A stretch of 64,000 nt of DNA, taken from NCBI GenBank assembly GCA_008632985.1, contig QPGO01000112.1:124001-188000 (forward strand), read 5' to 3'. The notes beneath the pieces are model-generated. The model saw nothing but the letters and a program-made list of their open reading frames with translations. It did no database searches and had not been told where the DNA came from. A program made the position numbers and the translations under genes. Positions 19,637 through 31,827 of this stretch are shown piece after piece. Each line of letters opens with the position of its first letter. Position 1 is the stretch's first letter. The stretch comes from Psammoneis japonica. Its lineage: Eukaryota.

Positions 19637-21310
19637 TGAAAAGAAAAAAAAATAGAGCAAAAAGAGCAAGGGTAAGCTGAGGGAATGTTGAATGGGAAAA
19701 AGGACACTCTGATGCAACAGAACAACAGCATTGTGTTGCATTCTTGCCGATTTGTTTGCTGTTCCACCAGATTCTGCCAGCAGGATGCCGAAAACGATGA
19801 CACCGTTTCTGTCAATGTCGGTCGGTCACGCCTGTCGTGATGCAAGAAATGCCGATACGACAGCAGGTAAGATGCGACGTGAAAAAACAACGCCAAGGCA
19901 ACAACAAACCAAACCAAGCTGTCGCAACACACCTTGCCGTGTTGACGATCACCCCGCATGGTGTTGGGGTGCCATCTGTTGCAATGACTCGGAACCGCGA
20001 CATTCCGTTTGTTGTGTTGTTGATGGTGGCCCCGTTTCAACGCACGCAAAAAAAAAAAAAAATTCGCGCGTGTCGCTGTGGCAAACAAAGAGTCAAAGTT
20101 AATTCGGGGTTTCGCGCGACAGTCTGGCAGGGTTGGGATGGCCATCGCAAACAGGAAGACACGTGGAATTTGCACCAGAACCTGCACATTTAAGTCAGAA
20201 ATTGAGGGAAGACATGCAGAACATGCACCAAAACCCATGCAGCTCGACATTTTTGATGGAAATGGGTGATGTCTGGCCGTTGTGCCTGCACAGTGCGTGG
20301 GCTGCGCATCGCTCAAATCCCCAGCACAGCTTCTGGTGCCAATTCTGCGTGCCCCCAATTTTTTGGCAGGCAGGCAGTGTTTCTGTCCACAATGTCATGC
20401 AAAACCCCGAATTGATTTTGGGCCGGTTAAGAATGGCACAGGGCAGGCGTGTTGTCCAAAACTTTGAGTGCGAGCAGAGATGTGTGCACTGCAAACTTGG
20501 CCGTTCATTTTGTGTCAAAGACAAATGTGTCCATTGACCAGAGCATGGACTGCAGAGCTTGTGCGCAGAATTCTGCAGGGCAAATGTCACAAAAAGTCCC
20601 GCCTGGGGCTGGAGCCCGTCTGTCGCAGGTCTTGTGCTGGGAGCCACGTTTTCCAACTCGCGCTTCTGCAGAATCAGCATTGTTGTTGTGGACAGCCCAC
20701 AGATGCAGGAATGCCCGCACTGCATTGCCCCCTGTGACAAGGTTGTGTGAGTGACAGAAGGTCCCACTGCTGGCAAGGGACTCTTTGACAGTGGATTTGA
20801 GAATGGCTGGTGCTGTCCCCCCCCCCCCCCCCCCCCCAAGAGCACTCGTTGACTGCAAAGTGCTTTTCCAGAACTTTTCTTGGAAATGGATGGCTTCAAC
20901 AAACAATCTTTGCAGCTTTGCATTGCCTGATTGTCATTCGCGATTACGTGTTGAATTACACGGGAGACACGGGAGAATCAACGTGGAAATCTTCCGCGCA
21001 TCCCGCCCATTTTTCAGATTTTCCGTCTGTCGTCTTCCGTTCAAAATGGTCACATTGGTTGGGAATCAGGAGTTTTGAAGTTTGGATCTGACGCGAGTGA
21101 ATGAGTCAATGGCAACCAAAGCAACGCTTCACGTGCGTGGTGACTGACTTCATCATCAAACATCCGCCACAGGTGTCACTGTCACACCGTACTATATCCT
21201 TGTTATTGTGTTGTCGACTATCCCACGACAACCTCTGCCACCGCAGCGATCTAACTTGTTATCGCCTTCCTCATAGCGCTTCTCATTATTCGTGTTGTGT
21301 TCTCTCTAAC

Positions 21311-22018
21311 ATGGTCAAGACTCAGCTAATCCTTGCTGCCGCCATGGCCGGGGCGGCTTCAGCGTTTTCAGCCACATCGATGAAAATGTCGGCATCGGTG
21401 AGTTGGACTTTGCGAACCGTGATTACCTGCTTGTGTTGGATCTTTCCCTCGTTCGCTTGATGACATGATCACGTTGCGCAGTCATGACACTGTACACATC
21501 TCTTTGATGCAGGCAGTCACATTCTCACTCGGTCTGTATCTTTGTCGTTGCAGGAAGGACTTACCTTCGGACGTCGCGACGCCATTAAATCGGCAGCTGC
21601 AAGCACTACCGCTGTTGTTCTGGGCATGCCCTTGATTGCTTCCGCCGAAGTCGAAGTCCCTGCGCAAAGCACGGAGTACACCTTTCCGGATAACTGGGGC
21701 TTGGATTTCAAGTACGAAGACGATGCTGCCAAGGTTCGGGAACACATGTTGATTGCTACAGGTCTCGCCAAGGGATCCGAAAACATGGAAGACTTTGGAA
21801 AGAATCTCAAGAAGGAAATGATTGACTTTGTTTCCTACTACAGGCGCTTTCCCAAGGTGGCTGGAAAGCCATCTTTCTCCACTCTTTACACCGCAATTAA
21901 CGTTTTGGCTGGACACTACACTTCCTACGGCTACAAGTACCCCCTTCCCGAGAAGAGACGCAAAAGGCTTTATCAAGAGTACAACGAAATTGCCAAGTCA
22001 CTTCGTCGCGGCCGTTAA
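21311..22018 (+). CDS. psb27: Photosystem II assembly factor Psb27; exons 21311-21397 and 21554-22018
   Basis: Signal peptide ending ASAF, GT-AG phase-0 intron, twin-Arg lumen signal GRRDAIK...IASA, then the Psb27 signature FVSYYRR...SFSTLYTAINVLAGHYTSYG...PLPEKRRKRL...RGR. Confidence 0.92.
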
Positions 22019-22161
22019 ATGGAGAACTGAAGTTTCAGTTTGATGCACGCATCCGGCAATCGATTCACCTAGCGGTTATGGCAATGAAGTTGTGGAGGAA
22101 GTCAAGCCAGTCTCCTGCTCCCATCATTAAACTAATAGCCGCATCGTATCCAGCAAAATTA

Positions 22162-22227
22162 GTATTATCTACGTTTTCTAGAGGTATGATACAGGTATTA
22201 TCTACGTTTTCTAGAGGTATGATACAG
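22162..22227. repeat. Perfect 33 bp tandem duplication
   Basis: gtattatctacgttttctagaggtatgatacag x2. Confidence 0.9.
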
Positions 22228-22599
22228 AAAGCCTTCAATGCCATTGAAAAGTACTGTCTACGCTGTCTAATAACGATGCAGAAAGCGCCCATTGCCATTA
22301 GAAGAACGCCTTTCGCAATGAAACGAACGTGCAATGACAACGACGTCTCGACTCCCCTACATTCGAGACCTAATGATAGCATATGTAGACGCGTAAACGC
22401 GGTTTTATGAGTGAGTAAAAGCCTTGTTGAAACTTTCATGACTGGTACAGCAAAAGCTTAATGGGGTGGCTTGCAAATGAAACCCACAAATAATATGTTT
22501 TCAAAACTGAAGAACGCCCGAGTTTCGCGCTTTTAAATCAGGTCTTGACAATTCGAAAACAACTAAGGTTATTAATCTTTTTAAATGCGCTGTTGCATT

Positions 22600-23418
22600 C
22601 TACTAAAGGACGAACTCAAGCGTTTGTGGCACCATGATCGAAGAATTACTGCACCGTCCATCCGTATCCACCATGTTATATCTAGTTGCCGTTCCTATTA
22701 AAGCTGTTCCTGGTGTTACCGTTCCCATTATTACCATTGCTGCCATTCCCGTTGCCGTTGTTGCTCTTGAGACCTTGGATACTAATCTTGAATTTAATCT
22801 TGCCTCTCATGCAAAAGTTGGACTTGGACTTGTCGTCAACAAATTTCTGAAGGTCTTTCTCAACATTTTTCCAACATTCTTGTCAGCCTCGGTTTCTTCT
22901 TCATTTACCTCTGCCAACCCTCGGGACTGGGGTACTAGGAACCTTTCCCTATCATGATCGTCGCATGAAGTATGTTTGCTACCGCCACATGCATGTCCGC
23001 CTGTAAACGAAACGAGGTAGCAACATGAATTGTAAGTAAAGGTCTGAGGGTGTCCTCGTCATTGCAGCAATTTCTCTGTACCAACCTCCCCAACCACTAC
23101 CCCAGTTAGGAAGTCTGCGCCTGTTCTGATCTTCCGGATCTTCTCCAATGTCTAAGCTTGTTACAACAAAACGAATAACATCTTCATCTCCCGCACGTTG
23201 CATTTCCTGCAGCAGACGAGTTCCCAACATGCCCCAAAGGGCATCTCGAAGCTCTTCTATGTCGCCAGATTCACATTCTTAGTGTTTCCGGTGGCTTTAA
23301 TCGTGAAGGAGAACGTGACGTCGTCCTCTTCAACTCGACGAGCGCTCCTGAGCCCTGTGCCGCCACACGTGCCTAGCAGAAGCAACAATGCTGAAAGAAT
23401 CTTTGTCAAGTACACCAT
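22600..23418 (-). other. Probable secreted-protein gene broken by frameshifts
   Basis: MVYLTKILSALLLLLGTCGGTGLRS signal-like start at 23418. Coding-like segments continue in shifted frames (RRRLPNWG...; N/G-rich tail near 22690-22760). Confidence 0.35.
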
Positions 23419-24246
23419 GTTGCTCAAGTTTGCGGCAAGAAGTGCAACGACAGTCTCGCAAAGACTTGTGGAACTGCTTAAAATGGCGATTTGTGGGTTA
23501 GTGAACGATTCTATCCACGGCTAGCAATGCCCGCAAAAGCGTTGGATGCGACGAAATTGTGTGAGACCCGTCATGTCGAGAATCGCTCACTGACATTGTT
23601 CTATAAATGCCCTTATAAAATGGCATTGTCTTGAAATGATATCTTAAGGAGGACACACTCCCAACATAATAAGTAAGAGTCACAGTCTCTTCCACGTCAC
23701 TATCCTACCAGCCCAGCGGTGACGTCAAACAAGACCTGATTTAAAGCTGACATCTTCAACGCATCCAAACTGTTAAATAAATTGTGACTTCTTCATTCAC
23801 AAAGTGTCTTGCGTATTTTATTGTCATTTTTTTATTAATGCCTTCGAAGAAGGAATTTGTCACAGACCAAGTATCGTGTTTTATGGAAAGATCAATGACT
23901 TTCTCTTCTCAACGGCTAGATTGGCGGCACGCCACAGCTAACGGCAGGTCCAAAGGCCCTAGAGAGAGGCGGAAGTACTGTAGGCCCTTTCTCTCTACTC
24001 CTTCTCTCTCTAGCTCTCTAGAGTAGCTAAGTAAGAGTAGAGAGCTAGCTATAGAAAGAAGGCCTACCAGGTATTTATGTAGTGTAGGGCCTAGTAGGCT
24101 CTAGGGTAAGAGGGTAGGTGCGACTCCGAGGACCTGAGGACCAAACGCGACGGAAGCAAATCATGGGTGATCACGAGCACTAACAAAAGGAATGCTAGAT
24201 GAGTGTCCTTTTCTTTGTCGTCTCTGACTTTCTACAATACCCTGAT

Positions 24247-24284
24247 GAAGCGAACTGTCTAAATGGAAGCGAACTGTCTAAATG
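24247..24284. repeat. 19 bp tandem duplication
   Basis: gaagcgaactgtctaaatg x2. Confidence 0.85.
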
Positions 24285-24613
24285 TCCTTTGTAGAAATTC
24301 TTTCCAGAAATCCGAAATAGGATGAGTCCACGACGCCACTAGAGTCAAAAGTTCTAATGGCGCCCATTCTCGTGTTTTTCCAAGAATTTGGCAACTGTGC
24401 CAGATAACTTCAAGAACAACCCATCAATTCTCTTGGCACGCTCGAGAAATGGTAGCAAGAATGCTATTCGAAAACTAAAAGGTAAGCTAGTTTTGTGAGC
24501 TACTTCGAGTAGAATACAGAGTGCTAAGAAAGAAAGCAAGAACAGTCATACATTCCAACAATTCTAAGTATTTCCTCTCTCATCTACTGTACAACGATAA
24601 GCTTATAATCCAT

Positions 24614-25455
24614 TTAATTGCCGGTACCAAAAGAAAACCATGATGAGGATTCACTGCCTTTGTCGCTGCTGCTACTGTCTTCTGTCGAAAAGGTGGTTTC
24701 TCCCATGGACGCATAAGGATCATTCAATGTTGGAGGCGCCGTGTCTGCTGGTGGCGAAGACGAGGAGGAGGATGGCATCAAGGATGGAATCATGCTAGCG
24801 GTCCAGCAGTGGGTGGCGCGGTTGGATCCTGTTGCATTGCCCGTTCATAATCTTCAGCTGTTGGCACCGCCGGAGCCATGCCTTGGTAAACATGATACCC
24901 ATGCCTTCAATCAGTGCCACAACACGCCACCTACAACAGCAGCAGAAGCCATGGCACGAGGACCAGCACGTGCGCCAAGACTCCTCCTGTGCAGCGCCAC
25001 TAATGATGGAATTCCAAGGGTCCTCCTGTAGAATAAGAAAGTGGAAAAAGCATTCAGATACTCTGTCAAAACAGAGATTACACGAAATTACGTATCAAAT
25101 GATCTATGACAAAACATACCTTTTGACGCAATGCCGTGAGAGTGCAATCGCAAGTGGCAAACAGTCCCCCCAAACGGCAAACTGCCCACCCAACACGGGA
25201 GCACGTGCTTTGACTGCCGAGAAGCTTCCAATCATTCGTGCGCCACTAGGAGCCAATCTTGCCCCTTGACCGAGTGCCAAATCCCTCCACCAATGGCCCC
25301 CATACAATAGGCGCCACCTACATCGTCCACTATCCTCCACTACAATTACAGAAAAAAATAAGGGACGCGGCATGAACAATTAGATATAGGAACTCATAAC
25401 TTAGCAGGAAGCAAAGAGCAGGTTGACTTACAGGACACGGCTCACGGTCCGCCAT
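24614..25455 (-). CDS. TIM17: Mitochondrial inner-membrane translocase Tim17; 3 exons (25455-25432, 25339-~25120, 25025-~24614), several 1-bp deletions
   Basis: Reconstructed as [124 protein letters not shown]. Donors gtaagt/gtatgt and ag acceptors present. Stop position uncertain. Confidence 0.9.
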
Positions 25456-26150
25456 TCCACTTTGTCTAGGCATGGTTGATAATATACAAGGTCTTGAGTT
25501 GCAGTTTTGCTGGGTGTGGTGGTTGAATTCTGATACAGCAAAGTGATAACTCTGCTGGTGTACACTTGTTTCGTTGTTTCTCCGAAGAATTTCCTCTAGT
25601 TTCTCGCTTCTGTTTTCAAGGAATTGGAAACAGTGAACTGCTACAGCAACTCGTCAAACGCTCTCTCGCCGACGTTTCCAAAGTAATAGGTCTTGTTCGC
25701 AGCCGAGTTCCAATTGCTTCTGCAGTCGTCTAATGCGGCGGTGTTTGCCACATGCTCTTGCGTGTTGAGTGTTGCTCGTCGGTGTTCGGCGGTGTGTGGT
25801 GGTGTGGTCGTGGCGCGCGGGTTTTCGCGCCAAAAAAGGCGACCGAAAACAGACGGCGGCACGAACAGGAAAGTAAGTGTAAAGATAGAACAATGGGCCC
25901 TAATTTCCATGCAGAGCCGTAATAACACTATCTAGACTACTCTACTCTAAAGAGAGTAGAGCTAGAGTGCTAAGGTTCGGCTAAAATTTTTGTATGTATC
26001 AAAAAAATTTGCACCGGCCAGATTCCAGATACACATATTATCGGTACAAAACCAATGTCGTAGCTCATCTTTACAAACTACACCATACAGTACGGTACTT
26101 TCCGCCACAGCACTCTACTACACAGGCACACTCACTTTATTCAACAAAAC

Positions 26151-27121
26151 CTAGTTCATGGCCTTGAGTTGTTGAACCGTCCTGTTGAGACGATGCTGCA
26201 TTTGGTTGCACAAATCAAAGTTTTGCTTTCCAACTTTGTGATAAGGCATGGCGAGAACAGTCTTGCAATCCTGCAGGGCAAAGCGATAACGCTCAACTCC
26301 CTCAAACGCTTGAGCTCTGCGAATCAAGGCCTTGACGTTATCGGGTTCCACTTCCAGAACGGCAGTACAGTCGGAAATGACTCCGTCAAAGTTGGAAATC
26401 TGCTTGTAGCACGCGGCACGATTGGCGTACGCCTTGAGTGCCAGCGGCGTGTCCTGCTTGTGTGCCTTTTCGAGCGCGTCCAAGCATTTGGTGTAGTGTT
26501 CAATCGCCCCCTCAAAGTTGGCTTGTTTGTAGGCATCGTCTCCACGCTCCTTGTGCAGTTCCGTGGGACTGAGAGCGGCCTTACGCTTTGCTTCCAGCTG
26601 TTCCCACTTTGGCTTGACGGTTTTCATGAGTCTCTCAATGTCTGGATTTCCTGCATCGAGACGCGAGGCCATATCGAGCGTCTTGTAGGCTCCAGCAATG
26701 TCTCCGTTTTGCATTTGTTCCTGCGCCTTGGAGCAGTACGACGCAACTTGTTCTGCTCTCTGAAGCTCCACCACTTCTTTCTTCATTCGCTTGAGATCCG
26801 CGTTGCTCGACTGAACCGCGAGTCCGCTCTCCAACGTCTTGATGCACCCCGATAAGTCTCCGAGCGCTTTCTGAGCGGTGGCCAGACGGAAATATCCCTT
26901 GACAAAGTTGCGGTCCGCCTTGATGCAGTTTCGACCCGCCTCGGCCATTTCTCGTATTGCTTGAGCTTCTCGTGACAGGCCGCCATGTTGGACCAGTACG
27001 CAGGAACAGACGCATCCAGCGCAGCCGCTTCTTTGTACTTTTCAATCGCCTCGGCGTACTTGCCGCTCTTGAAGAACGCATTGCCCTGTGCTTTCAGGGC
27101 TTCCGCTTGGGCGTTAGGCAT
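26151..27121 (-). CDS. Multi-TPR co-chaperone-like protein (STI1/HOP-type TPRs); one frameshift near 26950
   Basis: AEALKAQGNAFFKSGKYAEAIEKY...YWSNMAAC, KGYFRLATA, KERGDDAYKQANFEGAIEHY...YANRAACY...NVKALIRRAQA. Confidence 0.85.
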
Positions 27122-27727
27122 TGTGACGGTGTGCTATGGATGATATAAACACTGCTTTATTGCTGCTGCTGTGCTAGGATCGAAGGCAAACGAAGCTTTT
27201 CGTCAAGCACGATGAACTCCGTGGCGGCAGATCCTGTAGAATTTGTACGGAGATCTACATGGATCTTTTTGCGTGGTTCTCGTACCTGCTTGTGCCTCAG
27301 AAATTGAGAAAGTACGAAAGAGATGATACTGAGATTCCGTATTCTGTTTCTTACAGTACGTACGTACTGTCATGAACAGTAATGTCATACAACTCATTTT
27401 GAAATCCAATGTATTGTTAATTAAATTTATTCAGTACTGGTAGTTGCATCAATGCGTTCCTTCACAAGACTAGACGGAGTCTCTTTTAATCAACATTTCG
27501 ATTTTATGAAAATTCATGAATCTTTTTTTCTTCATTGATCAATTTGTATCCATTTTTGTAGATAAATATTGATTGTTTATTTTTCACGCACGATCGAACA
27601 TCGGCACAGAAAACGCGCACGAAACACGCGACGGTTCCTCATTCAAGAGTTGAAAGTGATCTCACAACACACAACACACAACACTTCTATCTGAACGAAG
27701 AAGAACAGTCAATACCGTTTGAAAACC

Positions 27728-28973
27728 ATGACGACGAGCTACAGCAGCACCAAGAACGAGATTTCTCTCGAAGAGGGAAATCCTGTCTCTGCTTCAGCTA
27801 CTGCTACTACCGTAAGCCGAGACGAGGAAGATTTTGAGCCGAGCGTTAGCGATTTCGGCCGCGACGAAACTTCCTTTATGCAGATTCCTCCTGTGATAAG
27901 AAAGTGGAGAACATTCGCCGCCGTCTTTCCTCCATTTCAAAAATGTACGATGTTGACGGTGATGGAGTCTTAGACGAGTATGAGCAAGCGCTGAGGGACA
28001 TGGATCAGACTGGCCGCGGCTTTATCAGCAATGCCCAGGCCGTAAGTCTCCTGAAAGAACAAGTTCAGCTGCAAAAGTCTCTGCTCAACTTCAAGAAAAT
28101 CATTCTTGTTCTGGTCATTTTTACTCTCATCCTTGCTCTATCCAACCTGGGCACGGCGTGGGCTGCTGCTACGCTTGCGAAGGATACCACGGTACAAGAC
28201 GGAGCTCTTGTGTCTAAAAAGGACTCTCAAGTTGTGGTGACGGGAGATAATGTTCTTACCGTTCAAGCCGAGACCTTCAAGAATGATCAAGTGAACAAGA
28301 ATCCATCGGGCCGTCACCTCGTGCCCGTTGTCAATAACTTCCAGGCCACGGTCTCGACCTTGCCAAAAATTTGGGCTCAGGGTCTCTTTGCCACTGTCCG
28401 AATCCAGCAAATGTACAACGAGTTTTTCCCATGGGTGGTATTCACAACATTCAGGTATGCCCCGGCGTTGACACTGGCTCATCAACGGTGCTAACTTTGG
28501 GTGGTACGGTTGACGTCTATACCTTTGACATGTACGATAACGAACAATTGGTGGTGTCCTGTCCTGCGAATCTACCGGATTGCACAATGTCTGGCAACGC
28601 TCTACTCCTGTCGGCCTACAAGGAGTGTATTGACCATACCGACTGCCGCTCGGGATCGTGTACGCAAAAGCTCTCTGGCGCATTCTCGTGCGATGAATGC
28701 AACCCTGAATCCGCCACCAATTCCGGATGTGACGCTCCATTCCAGTGCTTCTCCATGGGCGAAATTACGGATATTGCCGCAATTGCCGATGCTCCGCCCC
28801 AGTGCCTTATCCCTTTTAATGGGGATTGTTCGAACAATCAGTATTCGTGCGTCACGAATGAATGTCACAATGGAATCTGTCTTTGCAACACTCTCACGAA
28901 TTTTGGATGCGCCGCTGGAGAAATCTGTGAGGTTGACAGCACAAGTGGTTATCCCGCGTGCGTATCGAGTTAG
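27728..28973 (+). CDS. EF-hand-like + single TM + extracellular Cys-rich membrane protein; frameshifts near 27903 and ~28390
   Basis: YDVDGDGVLDEYE and DMDQTGRGFIS loops, TM IILVLVIFTLILALSNLG, Cys-rich C-terminus, across three overlapping ORFs. Confidence 0.65.
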
Positions 28974-29397
28974 AATAAGCATCTTTCTTACTTTTCCTAT
29001 AAATACGAAAGAATAAGCAGCCGTGTATTATATCTCAGTCATGTTTTATCCATCTTTCTTACTGTTCCTACTACTGGTTCCTATAAATACGTACCGGTAA
29101 ATTAGGTAGCAGTGCTGTCGGCAGTCCCAAATACCGGTAGAATACCTCCGCATGCTCTAGACCAACAGACATCACCTACTGTACATTATATAGGTAAGTC
29201 CACACGTACTCGTTTCTGGTGCCGTATTCGAAATCAAAATTCTAAGCCAATCGTGAGAGCGCTTTGGTCGTGTGGTGTAGTGTACCGGTGTTTGACAGCC
29301 TCTCGCACGAACATTGATGGCAAGCTTCTTCTAGAGAGAAACAAAGAATGACGGCGAGTGCAATAGCAAAACGCCGCACCAATACTCAAAGTCTGTC

Positions 29398-30602
29398 TCA
29401 ATTGCATTTCCGCCCGGACCATGTCCATTCGCAAACATCGGACTGGCATGCCGAGGGCTTGTTGCACGTTGCTCCTTTTGGTAACTTTCGCTTGCACGTG
29501 CCATCACAACGACCAGACAGACAGTCACAGTCCTCGTCGCACTCTTCGTCAATTTCAAGGCCACGGGAGCACTTTCCTCTGATGCAAACGTGCGGAGCTT
29601 CGCATTCGCTATCTAGATTGCTACAGTCACTACCAACTGCCCAACCATCTAAGCCAATCTCGTGAGACAAAGAGGGCTTGACCTCGAGATTTTCAAGCCG
29701 TTGCTGGTAGGAGGACATTGAGTGCACGTCGGCGACACTGAAGAAAGCCCATTCAGAGCTAGAGATGGAAGGCGCTTGGCTCTCTCTGTAATGTACCACA
29801 TTCTTAGTATCTTCTCCAAGCGTGAAAAGATGACCGACGTGCTTCGTGATATCACCCATGCCCAAATAAGGAACCGGATCATAGCGCAGGTCACCGTTTA
29901 CAACTTTTGTGTTGACAAATCGATAAACTTTGGATGTGTCGTACGCCGTACAAGGCACTTTCTGCACGCACCAAAGATTTTATGCATGTAAAACAAATCA
30001 CCAAGGTGAGAAAAGAAGATCGAAAAGCAACTCAGTTGAAGATTTCCTTGTTCTACTTCATAGTGCCCAGTTAAAACAACTGGACAATCTTGACCGTGGC
30101 AACGAGTTGTTTTGCAGTTCTCCAATGCGTCTTCAAAGTCTTGCACATACGAAGTACCGATGTATCCATCACGGAATCCCTGTCGAGACGGAGCGCACCT
30201 GTTGTTCAACGGGGAACACACATCTAATGAGACTCCCGAGTCAAGATTTTGCCCCCAATCTGGCCCGTTCCTCATGGTGGCCTGAAAAGAGCCAAAGCAA
30301 ATGCCACCAGAGAATACAACTAATGCTCTGTCGGGGCTCCACACCGAGTCGAACAATTTTGCACCGTCACAGCCATCCATAGATGCAGGGTCGGATTCGA
30401 CTTCGTTGACACATCCCGCCACCTTGGCGGCTAGGATGGATAGATCGACAAAGTTTTGGTCCATACCCGTGAACCAAGCGGGCACTGTTAGAGGTTGGTT
30501 CAGGCGGCGATGTTGCTTCTCTCCTCCGCCCCGCAAAGCAGAGTTTGCTGCAGATGCCACGAGTGGCATCATTAGGAAAGCTGATATTGCGTGCCTCATC
30601 AT
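29398..30602 (-). CDS. Secreted class-3 lipase-like protein with Cys-rich C-terminus; middle disrupted
   Basis: Signal peptide; lipase-3-like motifs SFQAT...DW.QNL, QGFRDGY, VVLTGH, FGA, YRFVN...DPVP...HVGH; C-terminal Cys cluster. The nucleophile elbow reads GHY rather than GHS. Confidence 0.6.
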
Positions 30603-31599
30603 TTCTTGGTCTTTATTTCCCAGGATACTAATAGAGGAGTGACTGAAGAATGAACAGCGATGATGAGAGCATGGGAACGAAAGAGGCGAAAGAATGATGA
30701 GTCTTGATGAGATTGATGAGGCTCATATAATGATCTTCTTCAAGAATGTATGCTTTATCGCAATACACGAGTCGATGCCACGTATGAATCATCGTTTATT
30801 CCAATGTAATTGCCCCTAAAATTCAAAATTTCAAAAAAACGCATTCTTGTGACCATCGTCTTTACGTGCCGCACACGTTGAAGATCGAAACCAAGGGTGC
30901 GACGCCACAAGCTGGAGAAAAGCCTGTGGTGCAACACAATGATTGGTGCTGCCAACTCTTGGTGGCATGGCAAAATTCACAGCAATGCTTTTTGGCTCAC
31001 TCTCTTGCCAAAGAACTGTGGCGGTCTGCTGATGCTCCACTCTCTCAGCCTCTTGTCATGTCAAAGTCTTGGACCAAAAATTGATCTTGCCAATGAAATG
31101 GTGCTGCGCCAAACTGCTCCACCCTTCAAAGCTGGTTTTTCTTCTTCCTTCTCCACTTCACTCTGATCATCTTCACAAGATCATAAAATTTTATTTGCTG
31201 ATGATCAGCACCATGCCTCCATGTGTGTGGTGTGTGCTCACTCCACCCCACACAGAGACGCTGGTGCAGAGGAGAAAACAGCCACACTGCTGCATGTTTT
31301 TGCACCCCAGGCCAGAAATTTGTGAATGAGAAAAACCTCCCAACTGAGAAGATGCGCATCAATGTGAAATGGAGAAGGATGTGGTGAGCCATTGGCTCGG
31401 ATGCTGTCAAGGCATCAGTGCTGTTTTTTGGCAAAATGACCCAAAGAGCTGAGCCGGTCAAGTTCGTTGCATTTGTTCCCAGCTTGGAAGCTGTGTTCCC
31501 TGGCTTGGGCAGGGCAGAGAGTGAGTTGTGCTCGACATTTGTCAAACAAGAGCCTGTCATCTCTAATCTCTGACATTGTCTTTGTCATTTGGCAAAGCA

Positions 31600-31827
31600 G
31601 GTCGGCCTGTTCCAGCTCCAGGTGCTCCGCGTGGGTTCGATTCCCATCATTTGGAAATTTGTGCATTTGGCGCAATTGGCTTTTTCCAAATCCGTTTTTT
31701 GCCAAATCGAAGGGTGAGTGCACACTTTACATGTGTTTTTGGGTGTACACTCACCTTTCGATTTTCGAAACGATCAAAATTGAAGGAGTCAATTGCGCCA
31801 AGCTGCGCAGAAAATCGGCCTCTCGCG
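31600..31827 (+). repeat. Copy of a ~250 bp element, inverted relative to 48771-49028
   Basis: ttttcgaaacgatcaaa.ttgaaggagt...gccaa.ctgcgc.gaaaat.ggcctct matches the reverse complement of 48807-48894; shared end ggcctgttccagctccaggtg. Confidence 0.75.

Noticed and set aside
17935..20358. 807-aa ORF as one real protein
   Set aside because: The first ~240 codons read through non-coding/intronic DNA (acceptor ~19637), and the tail after ~18345 is out of frame with the transposase.
20817..20837. Long poly-C/poly-G runs (also ~35186, ~35690) as functional G-quadruplex elements
   Set aside because: Simple homopolymers in decayed repeats, with unreliable length in this assembly.
26151..28973. Programmed frameshifting or pseudogenisation of host genes
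   Set aside because: Isolated 1-bp losses with otherwise conserved proteins across many genes are better explained by assembly error.
31604..31650. tRNA or SINE (gggttcgattccc B-box-like; another ggttcgaaacc at ~36360)
   Set aside because: No cloverleaf or correctly spaced A-box could be built. tRNAscan-SE on TA-restored sequence would settle it.
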